A stretch of 64,000 bases of DNA. Origin: Planctomycetota bacterium. Its GTDB lineage: Bacteria; Planctomycetota; UBA8742; UBA2392. A model generated the notes under the pieces. That model did no database searches and had not been told where the DNA came from. It saw nothing but the letters and a program-made list of their open reading frames with translations. Shown here in pieces: positions 1-10,688 of this stretch. How positions within the stretch are numbered: position 1 is the stretch's first letter; each line of letters begins with the position of its first letter. The stretch is from NCBI GenBank assembly GCA_027493625.1, contig JAOSKM010000003.1, forward strand, positions 599,028 to 663,027, written 5' to 3'. The position numbers and the translations under genes were made by a program.

Positions 1-143
1 TGCGGCAGTAGTTCGCCAAGCTTCATTGCAGCCTGCCGGTAGAGGGCAGTCGCACCGTCCGAATCACCCTTCTTGAGGGACAAGTCTCCCCGAAAGGCAA
101 GTTCTTCGCTCTCGATGCGCAACGGGTGATTCAGGAATTTCAC
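1..143 (-). CDS. partial ORF running off window start; probable third gene of the MTase module (N-term MKFLNHPLRIESEELAFRGDLSLKKGDSDGATALYRQAAMKLGELLP...)
   Basis: Reverse-strand frame open from a GTG at ~143-141 to position 1 with no stop; GTGA start/stop overlap with the upstream 180-aa ORF. Confidence 0.3.
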   Translation of the reverse strand, partial: MKFLNHPLRIESEELAFRGDLSLKKGDSDGATALYRQAAMKLGELLP

Positions 144-682
144 AGTTTCACCCTTTCTGCGTGCATGTGTGATTGCGCGAACCGAGCAACAAATGCCAAT
201 CCCGGAAGATTGGAGTTCCCCTTCAGAATCTGGTCCACTTTTTCGCGTAGTCTCTTGCCTAAGTGGCCATCGGCGATGCCAGACGCCTCCACTCGGACTA
301 TGTCGTCTTCATTGTCCGAGTCCCTTAGCATCCAGAAGTCGGCACCTGTGCCTTGCGGCATTCTACCCACAAGCGTGAAGCCCTCCGTTGCGTGAACAAA
401 AGCGGCAGCCAGTGCGTATGCAGCGTACTCCGTTGCGTCCTTCGAATTCTGGTGCGTTGAAACTTCGAGGTCTGTCGGCTCCCTCCACAGGACCTCGGCG
501 TCTCTCTGTGATCCTGAATCGCCCTCGACCAGCTTTGCCGAGGTAGTTGGAGGTTTGTGATAGCCTGACAGCATCACATACGCAGCCTCCTGCAAATGCG
601 TGCGAAGACCCGCAGACATGACTGTGGTCTTGTCGAGGGCGGTGACATCTAGCTTCGGGACGGAGTTGGTAGAACCGGCCAT
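140..682 (-). CDS. hypothetical protein (180 aa), coupled to the MTase; function unknown, a PD-(D/E)xK nuclease cannot be excluded
   Basis: Six-frame ORF; its ATG overlaps the MTase stop (TAATG) and its stop overlaps the next start (GTGA). Confidence 0.5.
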   Translation of the reverse strand: MAGSTNSVPKLDVTALDKTTVMSAGLRTHLQEAAYVMLSGYHKPPTTSAKLVEGDSGSQRDAEVLWREPTDLEVSTHQNSKDATEYAAYALAAAFVHATEGFTLVGRMPQGTGADFWMLRDSDNEDDIVRVEASGIADGHLGKRLREKVDQILKGNSNLPGLAFVARFAQSHMHAERVKL

Positions 683-3600
683 TACCCAACCTCCATAACG
701 CGCAGGGACTCAATCCCTCGGTCGTCGATGATCTTCACCGCGATGGTGCGTTCTTTGCCTAGCGCGAAGGGCAGCGAAACCGTGCCCCGGTATTGCTCGA
801 TCAGGTCGTCGTCTAGTTCGGCCTTGAGGCTCTTGGCGAGTTTGGCCCAGCCTTCTTCCTTGCCCGCCATCGGGAAGAACACCTGCCTTGGGTACAGGCT
901 GCGCCCGTCGTAGTCGGTGTCGAGCATCCACATGGCGATCTTGTCCGCGCCGCCGCCGTCCACTTTGCCAGTGCGCGGGTCGTAGTAGTCAAAACCCGCG
1001 ACCTCGACGACGTACATGCCCTCCAGAGCCGCTTGCTCGGCCTTGCGGCGCTTCTCGTCGTGGGGCAGTTGCTTTTCCAGCAGCGCCTTCTGGGCCTTGA
1101 TTTCATCCTTGCTCAGCTTGCGCACGGTCACGTCCGGCTGGCCTACCAGCCAGAAGCTCTCGTTGCTGCTGCGCTTCTTCTTGAGGTCGTCGGTCAGCAG
1201 GTCGGTGTTCATCTGCACCTTGAGCACCTGCATCCCGATCTTGTCCGCCTTCAGTTCGTCAATGTCCTTGGCGGCCTCGGGGTCGAACTGGAACGACGCA
1301 AACAGCACGATCTGCGGGCGCGGCTTGAGGTTGTACGCCTCGTCAATCGCCTTCTCGACCTGTCGCTGCTCCAGCGGCGCGTGTTCAGGCCCGAATGAGA
1401 TCACCACGCGCTGTGCGCCAACGCTGGCCGCAGTCAGTTTGCGTGTGTTCGCCCCGGCGACCTTGCCGGTTTTCTTCTTGGGCGCGGCGTCGGCTTCGCG
1501 TGTTTCGGCTTCGGCGTGAAGCCAACGGGTGCCCGCCAGCGGCTCAACGCGGCTGAAATGCAGCATGGCCCCGCCCTTGGCGCGGATGCCGCATTTCAGG
1601 AGTTCGTCGCGCCATTCCTGCTGGCGCAGTGTTTCGCCGGAGCGGGCGACGGAGGCATCGGCCACGGGTTCCGTGAAGCCGATCAAGTTTTTGGCTTGGG
1701 GGTCTTCCATGCCGGGGAGAGTCTTCTTGCCATCGAGGTTGACCAGCTTCTTGCCGCCACGGGCCAGTTCATCGGGCGCAATCGCGGCTGGAGCGGGCAC
1801 GGCTTCGACGGTGAAGGGGCCGGTGACGCGGACCTTGGTCTTGTCCACCTTGGGCTGGTCGTAGAGGGTTTCCTGGTCGGCATGGCGGGCGATGGCCGCG
1901 TCAATCTGCTCGCGTGTCATGCCCGACTTGATCTCCGGGTTGTTGGCGATGGATTTCAGCGTGACGTGCGGGACGGTCTTGTAGATGAAGCCGCTGGCTA
2001 CCCCCTGTTCAGGCCGCGCCATGTCAAAGTAATCAAAGTCGGCGGTCATCAGCCGCTGCTTGGCCAGCGCGACCGCAACACGGCTGGAGTCGCAAGTGAT
2101 CCAGCGCCGTCCCCATTGCTCGGCGACGTAGGCCGTGGTGCCTGACCCACAGGTGGGATCGAACACGAGATCGCCAGGATCGGTGGTCATCAGCAAGCAA
2201 CGTTGAAGAACTGCGTTGCTGGTCTGCACCACGTAAGTCTTGTCGCTCGCGCCACCAACGTCTGTCCATATGTTGTGAAGCGCATAAGCGGGAAAGTCGT
2301 CGAGGTAGCGAACGTAGCGTAGCGCACTGGCTTGGCTGTGGGCTCGTCGCGCTGCAACCAATCTTGCCATACCCTCTTCGTTGGTCTTCCAGCGGTTCTT
2401 CTCGTTCGGCAAGAATGTCTTGCCTTCCACCTCGACAGGGAACCAACACGCTGCGCCCGGCCCCTTGTCTCGACCGACGCTTGCAGACGTGAGGTCGCTC
2501 GCGGTGAATGGGCGCGAACCTGACGGGAGTAGCCGAGGATTTGTTTGCTCATCATCCGACATGCTGCGCCGGGTGCCATCGGGAAGTTCGACCATCCCGT
2601 AATGACCGGCACCATCCGCGCCTAACCCCTTGATGCGGTAAAGCTGGCGGTACTTGGTCTTGGCGACATCCTTCGCGTACCAGATCAGATAGTCACCAAC
2701 TCCGCTCAAGTAGACGTTGGTGGAGCTTGTGGTCTTCTGGACCGTGACAACGGCGACGCAGTTCTTCGCCCCAAACACCTCGTCCATCAGCTCGCGGACG
2801 TGGTGCAGGTTCTCGTCGGAAATCTGGACGAAGCAGGAGCCGCTCTCGTGGAGCAACTGCCGCGCCAGCAGCAAGCGGTCGCGCAGGTAAGTCAGGTAGC
2901 TGTGGATGCCGAGTTCCCAGGTGTCGCGGAAGGCGCGGATCATCTCCGGCTCCTGAGTCAGGTCCTCGTCCTTGCGGTCCTTCACGTCGCGCTTGTTCAC
3001 GAAGGGCTGGAAGTTGCTGCCGTACTTGATGCCGTAGGGCGGGTCGATGTAGACCATCTGCACCTGCCCGCCGAGCCCTTCCTTTTCCAGCAGGCTGTTC
3101 ATCACCAGCAGCGAGTCGCCCGCGATCAGCCGGTTCGACCAGCCGTGGGCGTGGCGGTAGAAGTCGATGGCATCGCGCAGGCCGAGCTTTTCGGACGGGC
3201 GCTCGAACAGGGCAAGCTGCTTGGGGCCGCCGTTCTTGCGTTTGATCGCCTGCATGATGGAGAGCGGGTCGATGCGTTCGTGGACGTGCAGGCTGACGGC
3301 GTCGATGTCGAAGCTTGTGTGCTCGGCCTTGCCTGCCCAGTGAAGCTGGGGGTCAAGGTGCGGGTCGTAGGCGTAGGTCTTTTTGGCGGGCGTCTTGTCG
3401 GGATCGGTCGAGGCGTTGATGAGGCCGACATCGGGGTTGTTCAGGCGCTTGGCTTCGTCGTGGTCGTACTGCTCGATCTCACGCTTCTTTAGCGACCCGC
3501 CAACCTTGGGACCACGCTTCGCCTGCGCGGCCTTGGTGCGCGGCGCAGCCTTGCCAGTCCCGTATGCCGAACGCTGGCCTGCATTGGCTGCCTGCTTGCC

Positions 3601-3708
3601 CCTGCCAACAGATTTCCGCCCCATACCAACCCCAGAATTTCCCGCAACGCTAAGTGGCCGAACAGCATACACACCCGTGCGACATTCCCGCCGCCGCAGG
3701 CCAAGCAA
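682..3708 (-). CDS. Type III Mod-like N6-adenine DNA methyltransferase (beta class) with a ~400-aa C-terminal extension
   Basis: LHWAGK plus MVYIDPPYG (motif IV) followed by FDPTCGSGTT (motif I), the order seen in EcoP15I Mod (LNWLGK, IYIDPPYN); 1008 aa; N-term Lys/Arg/Gly-rich, so the true start may lie up to ~30 codons internal. Confidence 0.8.
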   Translation of the reverse strand: MLGLRRRECRTGVYAVRPLSVAGNSGVGMGRKSVGRGKQAANAGQRSAYGTGKAAPRTKAAQAKRGPKVGGSLKKREIEQYDHDEAKRLNNPDVGLINASTDPDKTPAKKTYAYDPHLDPQLHWAGKAEHTSFDIDAVSLHVHERIDPLSIMQAIKRKNGGPKQLALFERPSEKLGLRDAIDFYRHAHGWSNRLIAGDSLLVMNSLLEKEGLGGQVQMVYIDPPYGIKYGSNFQPFVNKRDVKDRKDEDLTQEPEMIRAFRDTWELGIHSYLTYLRDRLLLARQLLHESGSCFVQISDENLHHVRELMDEVFGAKNCVAVVTVQKTTSSTNVYLSGVGDYLIWYAKDVAKTKYRQLYRIKGLGADGAGHYGMVELPDGTRRSMSDDEQTNPRLLPSGSRPFTASDLTSASVGRDKGPGAACWFPVEVEGKTFLPNEKNRWKTNEEGMARLVAARRAHSQASALRYVRYLDDFPAYALHNIWTDVGGASDKTYVVQTSNAVLQRCLLMTTDPGDLVFDPTCGSGTTAYVAEQWGRRWITCDSSRVAVALAKQRLMTADFDYFDMARPEQGVASGFIYKTVPHVTLKSIANNPEIKSGMTREQIDAAIARHADQETLYDQPKVDKTKVRVTGPFTVEAVPAPAAIAPDELARGGKKLVNLDGKKTLPGMEDPQAKNLIGFTEPVADASVARSGETLRQQEWRDELLKCGIRAKGGAMLHFSRVEPLAGTRWLHAEAETREADAAPKKKTGKVAGANTRKLTAASVGAQRVVISFGPEHAPLEQRQVEKAIDEAYNLKPRPQIVLFASFQFDPEAAKDIDELKADKIGMQVLKVQMNTDLLTDDLKKKRSSNESFWLVGQPDVTVRKLSKDEIKAQKALLEKQLPHDEKRRKAEQAALEGMYVVEVAGFDYYDPRTGKVDGGGADKIAMWMLDTDYDGRSLYPRQVFFPMAGKEEGWAKLAKSLKAELDDDLIEQYRGTVSLPFALGKERTIAVKIIDDRGIESLRVMEVG

Positions 3709-3906
3709 CGCCCGGCGTCGAAGCTCCGGCGCGTCAGGCCCGGCAGAAAGTGGGTGTGCAGCGAAAGCGTTTTACCAAGCCAGAGACGACCGGCCTAGAA
3801 GCACATCCAAAGGCCGGAAAATGGGGGTTTCGTGGGGCAAAAGAAGCTGTTGGAGGCTACGTCAGGCCGCTTACTGCCGATCAGAAACAAAGCCCGTTCA
3901 GGACCG

Positions 3907-4407
3907 CTACTCCTCGAAGATGACGCCGGGAAACGCATTTCGAGCGATTACGAGTTGCTTCTCGAACTTGCCGCGTTTTCCCGGCACGTTCACGTAAGCC
4001 CTGAGGCTCTTCCCCTGCTGCGCAGTTACGCAGACGACGTAGGTCGATTCATCCTCGCCCTTTGCCTCACGTCGCGCAGTCACGAGGTCTTGAAGCTGTT
4101 GGTACGAGATGCAGCAGATTTCACGCGCCCGAACACAGACCAGAACTACAAAGGTCCGCTCGTTCGCTTCGGCAATGCGATCCAGTTCTTCGAGGTGTTC
4201 GGTGGTGAAGCCGAACCTGTACTCGTTGAAGCGGGACTTCGGTTCGTTGCAATACTTGAAGTAGGCGGCGATGTTGTCGTTGATTCGGTAGGCGACCTCA
4301 CTCTTTTTCCCACCAACATTCAGGGCGTTGATGGCTTTGAAGGTTGGATGTTCGGCGATTTGGATCAGGCCCGCCCCGTGGTACATGTGATCGTCGTGGA
4401 TGTGCAT
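3907..4407 (-). CDS. hypothetical protein (166 aa)
   Basis: ORF in a locally lower-GC stretch; the overlapping plus-strand 249-aa ORF looks spurious. Confidence 0.4.
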   Translation of the reverse strand: MHIHDDHMYHGAGLIQIAEHPTFKAINALNVGGKKSEVAYRINDNIAAYFKYCNEPKSRFNEYRFGFTTEHLEELDRIAEANERTFVVLVCVRAREICCISYQQLQDLVTARREAKGEDESTYVVCVTAQQGKSLRAYVNVPGKRGKFEKQLVIARNAFPGVIFEE

Positions 4408-4458
4408 CCGAATTTCTCTCCGGCTTCGACTCGTTCATTTCGCGCAGCAGGTGCTGAA

Positions 4459-6991
4459 CTACGGTACTGCCTGTGCAGAGCCGATTGCGGTGATGCCGAC
4501 CGTATGCCTTTCCAGCGGGAAATTGACCGCCGATGTGGTCGAGCCGCCGACTACAGTTACAGGCGTGGGGATGGTCATTGACGGGTATGCCCCGACCAAA
4601 TCGTTGTGTGTCAGGGAGCCGCTCGTGTCCCGGTCTACGAATCCGACAAGCACGTAGTCCGTCGGGTCCAATCCCGAGATGGTGTAGTTGAAACCTGAGG
4701 CCGCGTCCGTGAACGCCTCTCCATCGGGCTGCCCAGTGGTTGCATTGACTGCTCGGACGCGAACTTGGTAGGTCACCGCCTTGGGAGCCAGCTTGTTCAC
4801 CAGAACCGCAATCACGATGACAGGAGCACTGGAGTCGTTTGTGGAGACTGATGCGACCGCATAGTAGAGATTGCCGTTCGTCAGCAGACCTTGGTTGATC
4901 GACAGCACCACCAAGACCTGTGTGCCGTTCTGTTGCAGCGACACGCCCAACCAGTTCTCCGTGCCGAAGTGCAGCGCCTGCGGGTTGGACACGCTCAATG
5001 TACCGCCACCGATGTTGACGACGCTTGTGTAGGCTGTAGTCGCCCCAGCAGGGACGAGCACAACGCTGTTGGTGACCGCCGCAGTCGGCGGATTCGCGGG
5101 AAGGGTTCCGCCTGCGGCGACAAGCGCAGCCTCTGCCCGCACGAGTCCGAATCCGTACTCTGCGTCGTAGCCAGAGGTACCGAGGTCAAGGGCAGTCCCG
5201 GTCAGCAACGTCCGAACGTTCGTGGGCGTCAGTGCGCCGTTCACAGCGAGCATCAACGCGGCCACGCCCGCCACATGCGGCGCAGCCATCGACGTTCCCT
5301 GTAGCCACTGGTACTTGTTTACGGCGGGCGTCACGGTGTCGTCGCGCCAAGTGCTGAACACACCGTCCTGCGTGGAGAACGGGAAGGTTACTTGGCCCCC
5401 AGGCGCACAAACGGTCGTGCCGCTGGTTGTGTTGCTGTAAATCGCTCGGGAGTAGTTGCGATTGATAGCTCCGACCGCGATGACCTCAGTGTAGGAAGCT
5501 GGGAAATTCGGCGTATTGTCCTGCTGAGCGTCATTTCCGGCCGCGGCTATGATCGTGCAGCCCGCGTTGAACGCCGCAGTTATTGCGTTCTGATACACGG
5601 TCGTGCTGCCTTTGCCGCCGAGCGACATGTTGATGACGTGTGCGCGATTGGGCGGCAGGGTGCCGCTGACGTTGGTCAGCCGAGCGGCATACAGAACGGC
5701 CTCGGCAATGTCGCTCTGCGCGCCACCAGCCGCGCCTAGCACACGAAGTGGCATGATCCTGCAATTCCAGTCAACCCCTGCACCGCCAACGCTGTTGTTC
5801 GACGCAGCGCCGATGGTCCCGGCCACGTGAGTTCCGTGAAAGCTGGAACCCTGTCCGGGCTTATCGCCAGGATCGTCCGGGTTGCTGTCGATGCCGCTGC
5901 CGTCGAGCGCGTTTTGCGGATCGGAAATGAAGTCGTACCCGCCGATGAGCCGCCCTGCGAGGTCTGGATGGCCGAGCACGATGCCGGTGTCAATCACTGC
6001 GACAATCACCGAAGCGGAGCCGGTCGTGATGTTCCACGCCGCTGGTAGGTTCATGGCGTTGTAATGCCACGACTGATAGGCGGAGAAATGGGGGTCGTTC
6101 GGGGTGAGGTAGTGTTCGCAGATGAAATCGGGCTCGGCAACCGCAACGTCGGGATGGAGCGACAAGTGCGCGGAGAGATTTGCCAACTCGACTAGGTGTG
6201 GCAGCGACGAGCGCAACGGGTCGAGCGATGTGGGTTGCTGCCGCTGCGCGACGATAGCTCCGCCTGAGAGCGCCCGAACAGGGGTAAAAGCCGACCGAGG
6301 CGAGGATGTCAACGTAGGCTTGCAGGCTGACGTTCTTTTCAAACGTGACCAGCAAACGATCGGGCACAGCCTCATGCCCAGCGAGAGCGACCTCCATTGC
6401 GTTGTACTCTTCTTTGTAATAGTCAGGCCCCGGCTGCATCATCATAAGGGGGCTGCCACTCAAGACCGTCACGTCCATTCGCCACTGCGTGCCTGCCCCC
6501 GAAAACAGGGTAAGGTCGAAAATGATTGTGGCCCCAGCACCGCCAGCGACGGAAAAGTTCCCGAACTCCGGGTTGGTGGTGCCGTTGAGGGTCAGTAGGT
6601 TTGTTGTGCTCGCCCCGTCGAAACGGCTGACTGTGAGGTCAACGTCTTGGTTTGTCCCGTCAAGCCAACTTATCTTGACGTTGTAGGTTGCCCCGTTGCC
6701 TTCGGTGAAAGTAACGCGGTCCGCTGTGTCGCTGCTGGAAAGAGTTCCGAGCACGAACAGAAGCTCTCCAGCCTTCGGGCCGGTGACCTGCAACGGGCTC
6801 GCGGTTGTGGAGTCAGAAGCCTCCGCGCCAGTGACAACCGGATACTCAGCGAAGGGTGTGATCGTGCCCGAGATGGCCCCTGTTGGCGATCCACCCCCGC
6901 CGCCAGAGCTTCCACCTCCGCCGTCGTCATCTCCTGCACAGCCAGCCAGCATCATTGCGACAAAAACCGCCGACAGTAAGCGGAGTTGCAT
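4459..6991 (-). pseudogene. S8 family subtilisin-like serine peptidase lipoprotein; frameshift at ~6262-6275 (ggcttttacccc)
   Basis: Catalytic triad AVIDTGI..HGTHVAGTI..GTSMAAPHVAG in ORF 4459..6375. Signal/lipobox MQLRLLSAVFVAMMLAGC and an I9-like propeptide (LLVTFEKNVSLQAYVDILASVGF) sit in another frame (ORF 5990..7141); the two join at a T4/C4 run. Confidence 0.75.
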
Positions 6992-7641
6992 GACTACCCC
7001 CACTCCAAAGGTTGTCCCGAGACCGAGTAAATCGCCGATAGGATACGCGAGCCCATACGACTCTGGAAAGCGGAAAAGGTCACCCAACGGCAGATTTGAT
7101 ATGACCGCACGAAGCCTGTTCACGGGTCGAGGGCATCCCAAAGACTCGAACCAACTTTTGCTCGATGGTTGCTTGGTGGCAAGAGGACCGACGAGCCAAC
7201 TACCGTAGACAGAGGAAAACGACGAGCGTGTAAACTGGGATACCGTATCCCAAGCGTCAAGTGGATTGCCGTGGCACTTCCTTGAGGCATTGGCCCCAAG
7301 CGGTTACGCTGGCAGCAGGTTTGGAGACTTGATTGATGGGTTGATCCGGCACTGCCGGAAAAGACGAACGCAATCGCGCACACAACAGCTTTCTGCGGCC
7401 AGAGCAAATCCGCCAGATTTCATATGAGACCGCAGAGCGTGGTGCGCCCCGAAAGGGGCGGCCCGTTCTGCTTCTCATGGGCTCCTGGCGGAGCCTGCTC
7501 TGGGGCGGTTCGGTGTCCGCCCTGTCTTTTTCACTCATGGTGACCGCAGCACGGGTGAGTTCCGGGCGCGGATTCCCGTTCCGCGCTCACTCACGGAGAG
7601 GCGTCCTCTCCGCGTGCTTTCAGCGGGAACAGGAAGAAACA

Positions 7642-8160
7642 ATGACCTACAACGTCATACGGAGTGCGGCGCGTCTGGCAGCACTTCTCACGCTATCGCT
7701 GTCAGTGTTCAGCGGGTGTGCTTCGGGACCCGCACCGATTCCGCGCCTTCAGACTTCGGCGCAGGGGTACTCCGCCGATTTTGATCCTGCCTGGAACGCC
7801 GTCAACGATGTGCTCACGGAAAAGCGGTTGCCAATCAAGGCAATCGAGAAGGAGTCCGGCCTCGTCACCACGGAGTTCGTGAACAGCGGAGCACGATACA
7901 TCTATTGGGGCAAGACAAACGAGGCTGGTCAGGAGATGTCCACGTGGGCGGAAAAGACACGCTACTTCCTGAACATCCGGGTCCGTGAACGCGACGGAGG
8001 GGGCACGACAGTCGATGTCCTGCCACACTTCGAGTACATGCGTTACGAGTACAACTCCGTTCTCAAGCGAAGTGTGGAGGCAGGCTGGGAAGCGTGCGAG
8101 TCCCACGGCGACGTAGAGCGCGAAGTCTACGATGCACTGACGGCAAAGCTAAACCGCTGA
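7642..8160 (+). CDS. lipoprotein, hypothetical
   Basis: Internal start MTYNVIRSAARLAALLTLSLSVFSGC (lipobox) preceded by aggaag. Confidence 0.5.
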   Translation: MTYNVIRSAARLAALLTLSLSVFSGCASGPAPIPRLQTSAQGYSADFDPAWNAVNDVLTEKRLPIKAIEKESGLVTTEFVNSGARYIYWGKTNEAGQEMSTWAEKTRYFLNIRVRERDGGGTTVDVLPHFEYMRYEYNSVLKRSVEAGWEACESHGDVEREVYDALTAKLNR

Positions 8161-8219
8161 ACCATCCGACGGGCGGAGGCACACAAGCTGCCGCCCGCCG
8201 CCGTCAACAGGAGGAGCCG

Positions 8220-9071
8220 ATGACGGTACACGCGATTCGCTGCCCACAATGCAGCGCGGTGCTGGATGTCCAGGCCGGTGCTTCGCTGGTGAGGTGCGGT
8301 TTCTGTTCGACGCCCTGCCGCGTCGATTGGAGCGGTAGTGACCCTGTGGCCACCGAGGAAGCGGGGGAAGTGGCTCGCCTGCTGGACAACATCGATTTCG
8401 ACGCGCTTGAGCAGGGCTTGAAGGAGCTTGAGGAGTACGTTGACCAGCAGAACGCTCGTGACGAACTCGCGTCGAGCGTGGCGCGGCTAGGCACGAGTGA
8501 GCAAATCGACCACCTGGCTGCGCAACTCGCTGCGTCAGGTAAGGCGCATGAATTCATTCAGGGCGTCAGCAACCTGGAAATCGACGAATCCGAAGAACAC
8601 GAAGTCCTGCTTAGGAATCTCCTCGCCCGCGTCGCCGTAAAGGCGGCCACGCAGTCAGATGGCATCGAAACGAGGACGCCTCAACTGAAAGACAATGTCT
8701 TGCACCAGTCAGGTGCGGCAGCGGCACGAACCGACGCCTATCGTGCAGGGTCACGGACCTTCACCGAACCTGCTGCCCCAGACGTCTTTGGCTTGGACGA
8801 GCAGCTTGAGCACAAGGCCAAGCGTTGGCTGTGGCTGCCCTGGGTCGGACTGCTGCTGCTGCCATTAGTCGTGATCGGACTAACCTTCTTGCTGACCATT
8901 GCCATTGCGATCTTGCTGCCACAGCACGAACAAAGGCCCTGGCTGGGTTTGGCCTTCGGTGTTGCAGTGCTCACCTCTCCGGTTGCCGGACTCATCTGGT
9001 TGTGGAGTGGATTGAAAAGACGAAGGTCGTTAGTGGAACAGAGAAGGGCACCACTTGACCGTGCCGGTTGA
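8220..9071 (+). CDS. zinc-ribbon membrane protein, hypothetical
   Basis: MTVHAIRCPQCSAVLD..CGFCSTPC (CxxC x2) with C-terminal TM segments; RBS aggagg. Confidence 0.5.
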   Translation: MTVHAIRCPQCSAVLDVQAGASLVRCGFCSTPCRVDWSGSDPVATEEAGEVARLLDNIDFDALEQGLKELEEYVDQQNARDELASSVARLGTSEQIDHLAAQLAASGKAHEFIQGVSNLEIDESEEHEVLLRNLLARVAVKAATQSDGIETRTPQLKDNVLHQSGAAAARTDAYRAGSRTFTEPAAPDVFGLDEQLEHKAKRWLWLPWVGLLLLPLVVIGLTFLLTIAIAILLPQHEQRPWLGLAFGVAVLTSPVAGLIWLWSGLKRRRSLVEQRRAPLDRAG

Positions 9072-9168
9072 GTTCCCGCCCATCTGATCTTTGACCGCTT
9101 CAAAGACCGGCTGCCGCCACGGGCGTGGCAGCCGGTTTTCCTTTTTCAGGCCCGTACAGGAGATAGTC

Positions 9169-9480
9169 ATGCAGGAGTTCGTTGTGGAGTTCTTCACCGA
9201 GGTGCTTGTGCCTGGGGAGCGTGATCCGCAGCGGGTGTCGCTCAACACATGCATCCTCAGGGGCAAGAGCGAAAGGGCTGTTCAGCTAGAAGCGTTGACG
9301 TTAGTGGACGGAGTTGCAGCCACCGCAGTGGACGCCGTCGGTGATCCGCTGGAGCCTGAGGATGTGCGCGTCGAAGTCACCCCTGTGGACACGTTCCTTG
9401 AACGGCTACGGATAGCGGCGGCCATCGTGCGCAACGATCAGGCCGAGGCGATCAACCGCCACGAGCACGAAGAGGAATAG
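9169..9480 (+). CDS. hypothetical protein
   Basis: ORF with RBS caggagatagtcATG. Confidence 0.35.
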   Translation: MQEFVVEFFTEVLVPGERDPQRVSLNTCILRGKSERAVQLEALTLVDGVAATAVDAVGDPLEPEDVRVEVTPVDTFLERLRIAAAIVRNDQAEAINRHEHEEE

Positions 9481-9553
9481 GCGCAGCCAGCGCAATCGAA
9501 GTTCGTTGACCAGCCGCCGAGTGGCGGCGCTTTTCGTTTTTTAGGAGATCAAC

Positions 9554-9814
9554 ATGACAGACAATCTTGATCGGTTCGACATGGACGCCATCACCGAGGC
9601 GTTCTACAGGTTGGTGACCAGCAAGAAGCCCCAGAAGCTTGGAAAGTTCTTTCGGGACTCTACGGGCCTCCGATGGAAGTACCTTGCGAGGGCCGAAGCC
9701 ACCTATATCGCCAGTCACGGAGAGTTCGGTGTCGTGATGGTCATTCGGGGACAGCCCGACGGCACCAATCAGGTCACGCTCGAACTCAAGAAGTTGCAGG
9801 ACGAGCACAAGTAG
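9554..9814 (+). CDS. hypothetical protein (86 aa)
   Basis: ORF with RBS taggagatcaacATG; lower GC than surroundings. Confidence 0.45.
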   Translation: MTDNLDRFDMDAITEAFYRLVTSKKPQKLGKFFRDSTGLRWKYLARAEATYIASHGEFGVVMVIRGQPDGTNQVTLELKKLQDEHK

Positions 9815-9824
9815 CCTCTGAAAA

Positions 9825-10688
9825 TTGTCGTCGGGTGCGGGTCGCGTTTTGGACTCGCTTCGCTCGTCCAAAACGCGACCCGCACCCGCAGCCATGCAGG
9901 AAACCACGCGAGCAACGCAGGCAGACTTCCACCCGGAAGCCCTGCTGACCGGCGCGTTGGTTTCAGGCACGCACCCGGTATCTGCTCCGGGCGGTCTGCT
10001 CAATCGTGTCTGGCACCTGTTCAACGAAGCCCAGAACAACCGCATCAGCACCGAGCGCGTGCGGGAAATTGTTCGCGGCATTCCTGAACTTCGCCAGATC
10101 GTCGAGCAGTACATCGACCCGGCCACGGGGAAACCACGTGCCGAATGCGCCGACCCGGCTAACCCCGGCATCGTCGCAATGAAAGAGGAAACAGCTTGCT
10201 TCGGCAGGAAGTGCGGTTTCTCAACCGGCTGCTTCCTGCAATGCTCGCTGGGTCCATCACACCGACAGGACGGTCAGCCCCTCGGCGTAGAGGGACAGGC
10301 CCCGGCCTACAACACTGGTGGTCAGCAGCTTGGCCCGGAGCAGTACACAGGCATCCTCAAGGTGGACGAGAACGGCAATCCAAAGAATCCGCCGCGCCAC
10401 CGTGACAACTCGTGCCTGACACTGAGTCTGTTCCTCCGGCTGACGGGCATACCGCCCGCGCATTCAGCCGGGCTGGGAGACAAGCTGTGGGATATTCTCC
10501 CGCAGGCACTGACCGCAGTGGAGCAGGGACTGGCAGCCCAACCACAGCCGACGCCCGCAGCAGCGGCCCCGGCTCCTGCTGTGGGAGACATCAAGCGAGG
10601 TCAGAAGCTCCTTTCCGCTGACCCCTGCACGTGCATTTCGCTGCGCACGTACTGCGTGTCCAGGCGTTGGGATCGGAGGTTGCCATGA
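9825..10688 (+). CDS. hypothetical protein
   Basis: ORF only; start uncertain. Confidence 0.3.
   Translation: MSSGAGRVLDSLRSSKTRPAPAAMQETTRATQADFHPEALLTGALVSGTHPVSAPGGLLNRVWHLFNEAQNNRISTERVREIVRGIPELRQIVEQYIDPATGKPRAECADPANPGIVAMKEETACFGRKCGFSTGCFLQCSLGPSHRQDGQPLGVEGQAPAYNTGGQQLGPEQYTGILKVDENGNPKNPPRHRDNSCLTLSLFLRLTGIPPAHSAGLGDKLWDILPQALTAVEQGLAAQPQPTPAAAAPAPAVGDIKRGQKLLSADPCTCISLRTYCVSRRWDRRLP

Noticed and set aside
3832-4581. 249-aa plus-strand ORF
   Set aside because: It overlaps the better-supported minus-strand ORF 3907..4407 and the 3' end of the subtilase; no features support it.
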